A program made the translations under genes and the position numbers. From positions 40,300,001 through 40,364,000 of the forward strand of contig OX597829.1 of assembly GCA_951406725.2 (NCBI GenBank): a stretch of 64,000 nucleotides of DNA, written 5' to 3'. Below are positions 25,383-37,809 of this stretch, in pieces; position 1 is the first letter of the stretch, and the number at the start of each line of letters is the position of its first letter. The stretch comes from Octopus vulgaris. Taxonomy: Eukaryota. The notes beneath the pieces are model-generated. The model searched no databases. It worked only from the letters and a program-made list of their open reading frames with translations, and had not been told where the DNA came from.

Positions 25383-26140
25383 ATATAGCGTGTGAATGAA
25401 TCTTACTTGTATGTTAAGTCGACTGTTGGTGGTGGAGAAATATTGGTACGAATGTTTTGTTTTGTGGAAGTAACTTAATGTGATGTTTTATAGATGACAA
25501 GTTTGATAAAATAGACAGTTATTGCGTCAGTTGAACTGCTTTAGTTTGTTGTTGGATAATAAAAGAGCAGTCTTGAGACATTTTCCTACATTTTTTTTTT
25601 GTTTTTCTTTCTTTTTTTGTCTTTTTCCTAAAATTATTTCGATGCATCAGGTCAAATTTTTAAATTTAATTTGACAAGACAATGAAATTTTATAAAAAGG
25701 AAACGAAAGTTATGAATGCTTGCTTAGTTATTATCTACATTTAAAATTTTTAAACCAGTTGTTGTTCTATTTATGAACATATCACCTCATCTATATAATC
25801 TACCATCGTATTATATTGGCTTCAGTTCTGAAATAGTCATCTAAAGGTTTGTGCTAACCAGATACAGCATCAAGTTTTGTAATGATGTGGATCTAAAATA
25901 ATTGGATCAATACCAAGACAATTTTGGTGCTTATCTAACAAACCATTTTCTCGTTAGAAGTGAAGGAGTAAATTTGATTCTCACCCAAGCAGGATTTGAA
26001 CTCATAGTAGTAGGCAAATGAAGCAATAAACTGAAATACATTTAACTTGGTTTTCTATCAGTTCTGTTAAATTTTCTGACTATCTGTAATGTTAAATTCT
26101 GGGCTGAAAAGGATAAAAGAATAAATACCAACAACAGTTA

Positions 26141-26590
26141 TCATCATCATTGTTCGACTGTAGTCGAGACAATGGAATTTACTATGTTACGCCAGACTTC
26201 ACGGTCCATCATAGCATTACGGAGGTCCTGTTGCTGGATGCCTGTATCCCTGGAGATTACATCAGGGTAGGAGAGTGTGTGCCCTCTGGTATCACGAGCA
26301 GAAGGCTTCCAGAGGAGAAGAGTAGAAATTACCTTATTTTTAGCTCTACAACAATGTCCAACAAACTGGACTCTTCTACCTTTCACAAGAGATGATACAG
26401 GTGGTAATTTCCTATATATTTGTACTTTGGTTGGATGACGCTTCCACGAGAGATTCTGAGCTCTCATAAGGAGGTGAGTGTAAGTTCCATTCAACTGCCT
26501 CTCAAGCTTCTTTGATAACGTCCAGGTTTCTGAGCCATGTAGTAGAATTGGTTCGACTGTGGCTTTGAAGATTTTAAGTTTGAAATCTCT
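26141..26590 (-). mobile_element. RTE-clade LINE 3' fragment (family D), longest uninterrupted copy
   Basis: LKIFKATVEPILLHGSETWTLSKKLE...RRVQFVGHCCR...EQ*. TSD ACAACAGTTAT. Confidence 0.92.
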
Positions 26591-27194
26591 ACAACAGTTA
26601 TAGTGATTGTTGTTAATCAGCTTTGGTAAATGTTATCTTATAGACTTTTGCATGATTGATATTAAGAGCCAGCAACATGGTTTTACATTTATATTATGGT
26701 CACCAATTGTCACAGAAATTCTTTATTGTCAAGGACAATACATTATTATCAGAAATGACAGTGGATATGTCAGTGTTGTATAAACGGGTCTTCTGCCAGT
26801 GTCAACTACAGGTATTCCCTATTCCTGTTTTTCAATCATCTGAACTACCTGCTCATTAAGTTGATACATAAGTGGCTGCATATTCCACAGATACTTGTAC
26901 TTTTAATGTAATTCTCAGCTGGAACCAGAGTGACACAATGTGACAATGCTGGTCCTTTGAATTGCAGGTGAAGTCCACCTGGATGTTTTTCACATAATCT
27001 CTGCTGATCCAATTTCCAAGGCTTTGTCTGACCCTAAGCTATTTTAAATGAAGCTTGTTCAAGATTCCATCGAGTGTGGGGTATCAAATATAAGACCTTG
27101 AAATTATGAAGCAAAGATTTTAGCTATATGGCCATACCTGTGTCCTAGTTATCAGAAAATTTACTTTCTTTTTACTGTTATCACTATCACCACC

Positions 27195-27406
27195 CAGGGC
27201 TTTCATAGCAAATCAAGGCACTAGGCCCTTTAATGATTATGTGCTGACAGCAAGCCACAGCATTCATAAATCAGAATTGGGCTCCTAGATCTGTGAGGCT
27301 TCTGGACTGGGCCCTATATATTTGACAGTTGGTCACAGCATACATAAATCAGAATTGGGCCCTAGACTTGTGAGGCCCAGTGTGCCTAAACCTTAAGACA
27401 GTGCTG
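27195..27406. mobile_element. Degenerate hAT-like MITE with internal direct repeat
   Basis: CAGGGC..GTGCTG ends, near 8-bp TSD (T/C)CACCACC, duplicated CATAAATCAGAATTGGGC..TAGA..TGTGAGG. Confidence 0.5.
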
Positions 27407-28331
27407 CCACCACCACCACCACCATCATGATCATCTATCAATTATCAATGATCATCTATAACTTTCACTTTTGGTAGGCATGATACAAAGTGCACCACAT
27501 AATCCAGTTTCATCATCAATGTTCTGAGTTTATGAGAAGTCATTGTACCTCCATCTTCCATGAGAATGCTGATGAGGTATTTTGCAGACTCTACCAGGAA
27601 AGTTGCTGGTGTCTGCCTGCTATTTTGCTTATTGTCTTGAACTATTTGTTACTCTTCTCGCTCTTAGCCGATTCTTTGTGAACCTACCGGTACACCACCA
27701 TAAACAATTGGTTATCAATTATTAATTCATCAAAGGCATTGTAGCTGGCAAAATTATCAGAATGTTCAACAAAAATGCTTAGCAGCATTTCATCTGACCT
27801 TTTTTCATTCTGAGCTCAAATTCATCCAAAGTCAACCTTGCCTTTCGCCCTTTCAGGGTCAATAAAATAAAAGAACCAATCAAAATCTGGTGGAGGTGTG
27901 TGTGTGTGTGTGTGGGGGGTGGGTGGGCAATCTAATGTCTGCATCCTTCTGTCATATTTCAGGCTTTGTGCCTATTATTAGAAACAGTTATTAATTTACT
28001 AGTTTATTAGTACTAGCATGATGCCACAATAAATGATTTGAAGAGTACGGTGCAATTAAACCAATCGTTTTTAGTATTTCACTGTTCTTTATTTCATCAA
28101 TTTGAAATTATGAAAGACAAAATTGACTCCTGCAAAGCTTAGACTTATTCTGTAAAATCCTTGTTGAAGCCATGAAGGGCTGTCAGCATGCATTTGCAAA
28201 ATTTGGGGTTAATAGGCTGTAAGTTGCCAACTTGAGTAGATTGGAGTTGTGCCCTATCCAAAGGAAAGTGTACTGCCTGGTCCAGGAATTGATCTCATGT
28301 CTGTAAGCCTCCCACCTTCACAGTGTGTTAA

Positions 28332-29041
28332 TCCTTTTGTTACTATGTTTGTATTGAAATACACTAACTTTATTTTGGTCAGTTTTTAAAATGATGAAGA
28401 ATTTAGTAGAATCATCATCATCATCGTTTAACGTCCGCTTTCCATGCTAGCAAGGGTTGGACGATTTTGACTGAGGGCTGGCAAGCCAGATGGCTGCACC
28501 AGGCTCCAATCTTGATCTGGCAGAGTTTCTACAGCTGGATGCCCTTCCTAATGCCAACCACTCTGAGAGTGTAGTGAGTGCTTTTTACATGCCACCGGTA
28601 GTGGGGTCCAGTCAGGCGGCACTGGCAACAACCTCGCTTGAATCCTTTTACACGTGCCAGTGAAGCGACGATGGTAACGATCACGCTTGAATGGTGCCCT
28701 TTTACATGCCACGGGTACGGAAGCCAGTTGGCTGCTCTGGCAACAATCACACTCGGATGGTGCTCTTGGCACCCTACTAGCACAGTCATAAGTGCCAGTA
28801 AGGCGACGCTGGTAACGATCATACTCGAATAGCCGCTCTGTCAACAATCACACTCGTATGGTACTCTTTGCACCCTGCTAGCACGGACGCCAGTCATCGA
28901 ATAACTTTGTAATTATTGAGCTTTTGTTTGAAACCTAAATTAACATGAATTCTGATGGAAGGGTTTCATTTAGATCACATTAAAACGGGAGGTTCCTATC
29001 ACAGAGCTAGGAATGGTCTCAAGCGGTTGATATCAGAAGAG
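28332..29041. mobile_element. MITE family E2 with a nested family C element (about 28411-28898, minus)
   Basis: TTAA|TCCTTTTGTTAC ... GATATCAGAAGAG|TTAA. Family C insert carries several GATCAC modules. Confidence 0.75.
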
Positions 29042-30743
29042 TTAAAAGTAAACATCACAATCTGCTTATTTTCGTTACTCTACCAATTTACCATTTCCTC
29101 AAATCTATAAATTATTAATAACAAATAGTTACTGATACCACCATCTTGTTTAGGAAATTTGTTGATTGTATGTCACAAAGTTTATTTATTCCTCGCTAAT
29201 GGCAGCTGACAGATAGAGCATGGAATAAGTGCTTTGTGGTATTTGTTCTAGGTCTTTTGCATTCTGAGTTCAAATCCTTCATCAAGATCAACTTTGCATC
29301 TTATTTTTACAGGGTCAATAAAATAATGTAGCTGGGTGGATGATAGGGTGAGGCAATAAACCGTTCCCCCCAATCCCACCCATCCACCCACCATAAATTT
29401 CTGGTCTTATGTCTATGTTAGAAATTCTTGTTTTATTTACAGATTCTGTGTGTGTGTGTGTGTGTGTGTGTGTATAATAACATACAAAATACTAGAACAA
29501 GAATGTCTTTGCTTATTACATCTCCATCTGTCTGCAGGATTAAAGAAACATATTTTGGGGCTGATGCCTGTTTCCCCATGGATGGAGGAAGAGAGAGAGA
29601 GAGAGAGGCCTGGATGGAGTAAGTGATGTTTGTATTTAATATGTGCTTGCATCAAAGATAAAATATTGCCTCAAATGGTTCGTAGCCAAACCACAAATAT
29701 GATAAGAGAAGATAGGATGGTTATTAAAGACTGGGTTACATTGATTGGACAATGTCATGAAAACATATCTATATGGAAATATTGTTGCACAGATTCATCT
29801 TACCTATTCCAGTATGGAAGATGGTGGCAACAGCAGCCACAGAAATAACAATGCCAAAATTGGTAATAACTTCTAATTCTGTGTCATGTTAGGTCTTCTT
29901 TAGATTCAGTCCCAGGGCATAAACTGGGTTTTTGTTAATTGAAAGAAGCAGTGCTTCTTGTCACCCATTTAGTGTTTGTGATCTCTGGGCCTCCAGACCA
30001 AACACACAATCCTATCTCCTAAGAGCTTTGACCCTCTTTAACCCCCTCTCTAAACATGTTTTTTTCACCCTACAGGCATCAACTTGCAACTGTTTAAGAA
30101 AAACATTATTGAGCATTCCATTTTTGGTGGGCCTGTAGAGGCTATGGCATGGTCCCTTTCCTATAGACCATTCCAATCATATATCTGTGTATTGATTCAT
30201 TCCTCATTCTCTTCTGAATGTGAGAAACCATAAAGCTCCTCTACAAGGACCTGCATTTCCCTATTCCTTCTCTCATACCTTAATCCTTATCTGGTACATA
30301 AAGCCCCCCTCCTTGGGTTCCATAGGCTTGCAAGACGCATGGTAGCTTTATTAGTTTGTGCTAGTAATATGAGATACCCCCCTCCAGTGCACACTGTAAA
30401 GTGGTTGGTGTTAGGAAGTGCATCCAGCTATAAAAACTCTGCCAAAGCAGACACTGGAACATGATACGGTCCTTGGGCTCATTGGATCTTGTGAAACCAT
30501 CCAAACCATACCAGCATGGAAGATAGATGTTAAGCAATAATTATGATGGTCATTTTAGAGTAGACACAAGGAATAGGTGAATTCTGAAGTAGAGGGGGAA
30601 GTCCTTATAACAATCTTAGTTCCATAGAAACTGTGGTATAGAGTTAAATAACTGAACCCTGTTGACTGTTTGTGATGTCAGAAGATATTGTACATGTTGT
30701 TTATGGAATGTGAATACATGTGGTAATGATACTGAATTTGTTC

Positions 30744-30777
<34 letters not shown>

Positions 30778-30787
30778 TGTGTGTGTG

Positions 30788-31146
30788 TTGGATGGAACTT
30801 ACACTCGCCTCCTTTTGAGAGCTCAGAATCTCTCGTGGAAGCGTCATCCAACCAAAGTACAAATATATGGGAAACTACCACCTGTGTCATCTCTTGTGAA
30901 AGGTAGGAGAGTCCAGTTTGCTGGACGTTGTTGTAGAGCTGAAAACGAGGTAATTTCTACTCTTCTCCTCTGGAAGCCATCTGCTCATGATACCAGAGGG
31001 CACACACTCTCCTACCCTGATGTAATTTCCAAGGATACAGGCATCCAGCAACAGGACCTCCGTAATGCTATGATAGACTGCAAAGTCTGGTGTAACATAG
31101 TAAATTCCATTGTCTCGACCATGGTTGAACAATGATGATGATGATG
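30788..31146 (+). mobile_element. RTE-clade LINE 3' fragment (family D)
   Basis: LDGTYTRLLLRAQNLSWKRHP...VSTMVEQ* (GAT)n. Confidence 0.9.
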
Positions 31147-32044
31147 TGTGCCTGTGCAGGCGTGGGCATGAATTTTGGGGAGGAAGATAATTTGTTCATG
31201 CCTACAGTGGGATTAAACAACAACTGTTTGAGAGCATCCTGCAGTGGTATCTTTGGCAGTGCCAGTCTTCAGTGATGCCATTACTTTGGGAAAATTATTG
31301 CTATACTTTAAGAAACATCAAGTGATGTTCTTTCTTGTTTTTTTTAAGATAACAGTGTAATTTGAAAAACATTTGGCTGCTATTTCTAGTGGTTCAAGTG
31401 AAAGCTTGTTGGCTTGTGTTGCTCTTGTTGGTATTATTGTTTAGCTTCATATCCTTCTTGATCAAAGCCATTCCACTCTGTTTTGTTTTTTATATGAGGT
31501 GTCCGAGCCAACAATAGAGCCTCTACGTGTTTGTGTTACCTGCTAGAAATGGCAGCCAAATTTATTTTCAATCTCACCTTGCCGTCTTGTTAAAAACAAG
31601 CACAGATCTGGTCCTTGAACATTGGGAAAAGTTAGTGCTTTTAATCATAGTCCTGCTCAGTCAGGGCTAGTTGATCTGAACAACAACCACCGTCACCATG
31701 GTTTGGTGTTGTTGTTGTTGATAATGATGGTAGTAGTGTTAGTGGCAATAATGATTTTTCTCTCTTAGCTACAACTAATTTCATTTCAGTTTTAAAAAAA
31801 AGACAAAACCAAAACAAAACACAAAAAAACCCCCACCAGAATAAAACAAAACAAAACAAAACAAAGCCACTTCCCTCTTCTTCTTTCTCCCTCTCAGCCT
31901 CTTTAAAGTACATAAACTCTGGTATAGCCAATAACTTCCCTGGGGCAGGGAAGGGGTTACATACAGGTAACAGTACTGCTGCATTGATAGGATTAGCTAG
32001 TAATCACATGATTACTTCTATCACATGTCACATGGCAGCTGTCA

Positions 32045-32086
<42 letters not shown>

Positions 32087-32510
32087 GTTGCTGTTGTTAT
32101 AGCCTGACCCTTCTCTCATTCACACTCCTAATAAAGTCAGACTTTGAGTAGGTGGTGAAAAAAAAGGATTTGTTTCTTACTTCTTGCAGGGATGGGCGGT
32201 TGGGTGTTCCTTGTTTATTTATTTATGTATTTATTTTTTTGTTAATCCATCCCTCCTTCCAACACTACCTTTCCTGTCCTTCTATTCTCTCTTATCCATT
32301 CTACAACTACTAATTACCACAATCGGCACCACCGCCACAACCACTACCACTGCTTTGAACATCCCTGCTTAGAATGAGTGCAAAAGTACAGCCAACAAGA
32401 GTGGCAAAGTCTGATTTTTAAATAGATTGTAAAAAGTTTGATTTCTTGAGCATGGAGGTAAGAGGACCAAAACAGAAAGAAGCTTGTCATATATATATAA
32501 TATATATATA

Positions 32511-32703
32511 CTTTATTTAAAGCAGCAGAAAATTCAACAAAACATGTTACTCTGAGTTTCCCGTTGCCGTTCATCGGACAGTTTTTGCAGAGTAACAGGT
32601 TTTGTTGAATTTTCTGCTGCTTTAAATAAAGCATATTACTCTACCCACTGGTATTTGAGTACTCTTTTTTCCACCTTGTTTCACATTTATGTGTTTACTC
32701 CGG
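32511..32703 (+). mobile_element. PLE-type fold-back remnant
   Basis: 44-bp inverted arms at 32511-32554 and 32588-32631 (1 mismatch), one-sided tail, TATAATATATATATA on both sides. Confidence 0.8.
32549..32582 (-). ncRNA. Degenerate minimal hammerhead
   Basis: ACTGT CCGATGA ACG GCAA CGG GAAA C TC AGAGT. U4C in core, GNRA-capped helix II, one mismatch each in helices I and II. Confidence 0.55.
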
Positions 32704-33540
32704 TATAATATATATATATCTATGTATGTGTGTGAGTATGTTTGTGTCTATGTTTGTTCCTCCACCTTCGCTTGACAACTAATGTTGGTGTGTTTATGTC
32801 CCTGTAACTTAGCAGTTCAGCAAAGAATAAGTACTAAGTCTTACAAAGAATAAGTCCTGGTGGGGTCAATTTGTTCAACTAAATGCGGTGCTGCAGCATG
32901 GCCGCAGTCGAATGACTGAAGCAAGTAAAAGAATGAAAGGATATAGGCATTCATTTATTTATTTATTTTGAATGATTTTACATATATTTTTATTTATTTC
33001 TTTTGCTTTGGTTCTTTGTTGATTGGTTCTGTACTGTAAATTTGGACACGAACATAAGTAATTTAAAAGATGTTGGGAGACTTCCATGTGGAATTTTCTA
33101 TAGCTCAGTAGGTTAGGCTCTTCAACCAACAGCAGCCAGTCACCTGTGAAATACGAGGTAGCACCTGTTTTTCAGTTCAATTACTCAATAACATTTGTAA
33201 CAACAAATGTAAATACACATGCATACACGCACACACACACACACACACACATAATGCTGATGGAAGTGAAGCTGATGATTTATTAATAATAATTGAGAAT
33301 AATTGCTGATATCATTAATAATTGGTAATAGTTATCATTATTATCATGGAATAAATTAAGGCAACTAGCTGGCAGAATCATTAGCGCTTGAGGCAAAATT
33401 CTTGGCAATATTTGGTCCATCATTATGTTTCAAGCTCAAATTCTGCTGAGGTCCACTTTGCCTGTAATCCTTTCAGGATTGGCAAAATAAAAACCAGTTG
33501 AGCACTAATCAGAATTTTATTATTATTATTATTATTATTC

Positions 33541-33785
33541 AGGTATAGTGGTTAAGAGCACAGGCTACTAACTCTAAGATTCTGAGTTCGATTCCAGGCA
33601 GTGACCTGAATAATAACAATAATAATAACAACATTGAAAAATACCTTAGGAATGAGAACCTCGGTTCGAAATTTCCCCAAGACACCTGATGAAGGCTGGA
33701 GGGTATATCAGCTGAAACGTTGTGTTAACAACAAACAAGATGAGGACAAATATCCGTCATATGTAAATAATGTAAATAATGTACA
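33541..33785 (+). mobile_element. tRNA-headed, hammerhead-bearing SINE-like element with PLE-type tail
   Basis: A-box TAGTGG (33546), anticodon-like loop CTACTAA, B-box GAGTTCGATTCC (33584-33595), (AAT)n linker, hammerhead, tail shared with the 2115 element. Upstream (ATT)nCAGGT is an inverted copy of ACCTG(AAT)n. Confidence 0.75.
33681..33726 (+). ncRNA. Minimal PLE-type hammerhead ribozyme
   Basis: GACAC CTGATGA A GGCTG..CAGCT GAAA CGT T GTGTT. Helix I GACAC/GTGTT, palindromic ACGT helix III, GUU triplet ending at 33721. Confidence 0.75.
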
Positions 33786-34151
33786 TTCTGAGTTCAAATT
33801 CCACTGTGGTCGACTTTGCCTTTCATACTTTTAGGGTTGATAAAATAAGTACCAGTTGAGCATTGGAGTTGATCTAATCAACTTTGCCCCTTCCCTGAAA
33901 TTGCTGGCCTTGTACCAAAATCTGAATCCTTTATTATTTTTGAATAAATTATTTTTAACATAATTTAGAAACTGACAGTCATGAATTAAATCATTTCCAG
34001 AGAAGAAAGCTTGAAGTAGATAAAGCTTTTTATTTAATAGTATGCATATACTAGGCGTCAAAACCCTCTTGAATGGTAAAAGTCAACGGCTGCCACCAGC
34101 ATCTTGTTAGACGTTCTAATATGACAGATGTTCCATTATGTTCTATCTATA

Positions 34152-34370
34152 GTGGCGAGCTGGCAGAAACGTTAGCACGTAGGAAGAAATGCATAACCGT
34201 ATTTCGTCTACCGTTACGTTCTGAGTTCAAATTCCGTCGAGGTCGACTTTGCCTTTCATCCTTTCGGGGTCGATTAAATAAGTACCAGTTACGCACTGGG
34301 GTCGATGTAATAGACTTAATCCGTGTGTCTGTCCCCTCTATGTTTAGCCCCTTGTGGGTAATAAAGAAAC
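34152..34370 (+). mobile_element. SINE family A (older fragments at 33360-33505 and 33786-33930)
   Basis: Consensus match. TSD ATGTTCTATC. Confidence 0.88.
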
Positions 34371-34516
34371 AGATGTTCTATCATTGAACCAAAGTAAACT
34401 TTCATATTATTTGTCTTTAACACAGCAGCTTTACTGGAGAGTATGTGTGAGTGTGTGTGTGTGTGTCACAAAGTATCAGGTGTCCATAACTGATGGGCTA
34501 TGGTAACATTCTTCAT

Positions 34517-34712
34517 TTAGATTTCAAGACGTTCACAGAAGATTTGTGCAGTTCCAAGCAATGCTGCTTTCTGTAGATGTTCTATCTTCACGTTTACTGC
34601 TATCTTTTCAATTCAGTCTGTGAGCTTGTTACTTATAGTATGCAAGACACCTCCAATGACAAGTACAAGGCTCACCTTCTCCAATGACCATTATTAACAG
34701 ATTTAAAGTTCA
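34517..34712 (-). pseudogene. R4/Dong-like non-LTR element, restriction-like endonuclease C-terminus
   Basis: WSLEKVSLVLVIGGVL...HLQKAALLGTAQIFCERLEI* matches the W...V.P.VIGALG...QKA.LLGTA.I pattern. Confidence 0.7.
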
Positions 34713-34725
34713 GAGGTAGTGCCTG

Positions 34726-35115
34726 CAGCCAGTGGCACTTAAAAGGTACCATTCGAACGTGATCATTACCAGCGTTGCATTAAAGAGCACCATCCGAGCG
34801 TGATCGTTGCCGGAGCAGTTATCTGGCCTCCGTGCTGGTGGCACGCAAAAAACACTATTCGAGCGTGATCGTTACCAGCATTGCCTTACTGGCATGTGTA
34901 AAAGATTCGAGCGAGGTCGTTGCCAGTACCGCCTGACTGGCCCCCATGCCGATGGCACGTAAAAGCACCCACTACACTCTTGGCGTGGTTGGCATTAGGA
35001 AGGACATCCAGATCAAGATTGAAGCCTGGTGCAGCCATTTGGTTTGCCAGCCCTCAGTCATTCGTCCAACCCATGCTAGCATGGAAAACGGACTTTAAAC
35101 GATGATGATGATGAT
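34726..35115 (+). mobile_element. Family C retroposon with multiple internal modules
   Basis: Repeated CGAGCGTGATCGTT modules, then GGTTGGCATTAGGAAGG..CCCATGCTAGCATGGAAAACGGAC..(GAT)n. Confidence 0.85.
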
Positions 35116-35369
35116 AAAGTAGCTGTGATGCCAGCATAATTTGAAATGTTCTACTACTATAGTCATTTTTAATCTTGTACAAAACATATTGCTCTTTTTT
35201 TTCTTCTTCTTTCTTCAGTTACTGGTTCTGGAGTAAGAGGTAGTGCCTGTAGCCTTTGCAGGCTTTGTGAAACCAGTAAAATTAATTCTATTAATCCTCT
35301 GCTTAATCTAACCCAAACATAGTAAGTAGATTTGGTAAACATAAAGTGGAAGAAGCCCTTCACATGTCC

Positions 35370-35419
<50 letters not shown>

Positions 35420-35624
35420 GTGTGTGTGTGTTAATGTCTTTGTCTCAACATCATTTGATAATTGTAAAAAAAAAAAAATAGTCATACAGTCATACAAGTC
35501 ATATCCTTCATTTCCAATCTTCAGTGAAAAAAACATGTCTGACCATGGAGAATATTTCCTTACTTGGAAACAGGTGAGAGTAGGCATCAAGAAGAGCATC
35601 ATTCATTGTTGTTTAACGTCCGTT

Positions 35625-35855
35625 TTCCATGCTAGAATGGGTTGGATGGTTCGACCGGGGTCTGGGAAACCAGGAGGCTGTACCAGGCTCCAGTCTGATC
35701 TGGCAGTGTTTCTACAGCTGGATGCCCTTCCTAATGCCAACCACTCCGTGAGTGTAGTAGGTGCTTTTTACATGCCACTGGCACAGGGGCCGGAGGAGGC
35801 TGGCAAACGGCCACGATCAGTTGGTGCTTTTACGTGCCACCGACACGGATGCCAA
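35625..35855 (-). mobile_element. Family C retroposon
   Basis: GTTTAACGTCCGTTTTCCATGCTAG ... GGTGCTTTTACGTGCCACCG. Confidence 0.85.
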
Positions 35856-37264
35856 AACAAGGGGGGTTTTACCATTGATAAACAAAAAATTGTTGAAAAT
35901 AGTTTTTGGTATGTATGTGAATAAATCCCAAAAATAAATCCAACCTTAGGAAATCTACCTCAAGGGGTTTTGTCCAGCACATGCAAGCCTGGATAAGTAT
36001 TAAAATGATAACAGCACAAAGGATTATAAAGAACATTGTCACCTACTTCTTTTACATAACACCATGTGATGTTGCTGTTGTTGTTTAGTTGCTGGTGAGC
36101 CTTCATTGATCAGACTTATGACCAAGGGAATTTCTGCAATGATGACCCCTTCTTTCCTATAGACATAGGTAATCTCTTTGGTTCTTTCATTTCTTTAGAT
36201 TGTAGAATATGGCTTGAAGGAGATTTGGTTGCTTTTTTTTAGCAACCAAATCTCAGAATTCTTCCTGCATTGGCATCTTAATGTTGTTAATAATCATACC
36301 TTGTTCACATATTTATGGTAAAGTAGCAGAATTGATAGGGACCATTCATGTGTGTGTTTGTGTGCCTAAAAATCATATAAACATAACTCTCATGTATATG
36401 TGTCACGTCTCTCTCTTTCTCTCAGATGCACACATTCGCTTGGAATCATGCATGTAATAACAAGGTATGTATATGATATGCATGTGAGCAGATACTTGCA
36501 ATACATGTAGGAAGATGCAAACATATGTACAGGTACACATACGTGTGTGTGTATATATATATATATATATTAGCCATTCTTGTTGAAACATCTCTAAATA
36601 CCCGTTATCTAACATCTCATTAACCAAGATGTGGAGCATTAAAAAACCAAATTAGAACGAAATATGCAGTGAGAAAGAAAAAAAAAATTAGTTGATGATT
36701 AATAGGCTTTTTTGTGTGGGTGTGGGTGTGTGGGTGGAGGGGGACACCATCGCCATTACTACCACCACCATCACCACCATCACACCATCAATTTTCTACA
36801 AATATGATAGATAACTCAGGATAAGTTTCTGGGTTAGGTTTTGTTGTTGTTGTTGTTGTTTATGCTTTTTAAGCTTCATCAGCAGAAATGCTAAGTTCTC
36901 ACTTGCTGTAAACTCGCAGAACTGGCAACAAGCAAAATCGCTGAGTCAGTTGACAGAAATGCACGTTTTTTTTTTTTTTATTGGCATAGAGAAAGGAAAG
37001 GGAAATTGTTTAAAAATTAAATAATTACGAGATGCTATCCACAATATAAATAGTAGGTAAATAGATGTCAGCTTTATTTAATGCACAGAACGTTTGAAGA
37101 GTTGGAATAGAATGAAATATTTAATTTGGTCATGACTAATAATTGCAGTGGATTGTTTGCTACTTACAACTTCGGCAGATTACAGCAAGGTTACATGTTT
37201 TGCTGTTGACATCAAAATAAGACAGGAACAAATTCAGAGTCATCTCCCTTGTTTACCATTGGTG

Positions 37265-37809
37265 TCATCATCATCATTGTTCGACCGTGGTCGAGACAAT
37301 GGAATTTACTATGTTACGCCAGACTTCACGGTCCATCATAGCATTACGGAGGTCCTGTTGTTGGATGCCTGTATCCCTGGAGATTACATCAAGGTAGGAG
37401 AGTGTGCGCCCTCTGGTATTGCAAGTAGATGGCTTCCAGAGGAGAAGAGTAGAAATTACTTCTTTTTCAGCTCTACAACAATGTCCAGCAAACTGGACTC
37501 TCCTACCTTTCACAAGAGATGACACAGGTGGTAATTTCCCATATATTTGCATTTTGGTTGGATGGCGCTTCCACGAGAGATTTTGAGCTCTCATAAGGAG
37601 AGCTACACCAGGGTTCCTCTTCCCCAGGAATTACCTCATTTTCAGCTCTACAACAATGTCCAACAAACTGGACTCTTCTACCCTTCACAAGAGATGATAC
37701 AGGTGGTAGTTTCCCATATATTTGCATTTTGGTTGGATGGCGCTTCCACGAGAGATTTTGAGCTCTCATAAGGAGGCGAGTGTAGGTTCCAGCCAACCGC
37801 CTCTCAAGC
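37265..37809 (-). mobile_element. RTE family D fragment with internal duplication and filler
   Basis: Two overlapping RTE segments (37265-37600, 37628-37809) joined by a 27-nt non-RTE filler. TSD CCATT(G/T)GTGT. Confidence 0.88.

Larger units (their letters stand above)
32455..32940 (+). mobile_element. SINE B (head lost) hosting a fold-back insert
   Basis: AAACAGAAAGAAGCTTGTC before the insert; GCTTGACAAC...GAATGACTGAAGCAAGTAAAAG after it. Confidence 0.75.

Noticed and set aside
27562-27615. CTGATGA GGTA...TACC AG GAAA hammerhead-like string
   Set aside because: Two extra bases before GAAA and no helix I or III partner; likely chance.
33541-33607. Functional tRNA gene (also other SINE heads)
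   Set aside because: Acceptor and anticodon stems do not pair fully, and the heads continue into repeat bodies.
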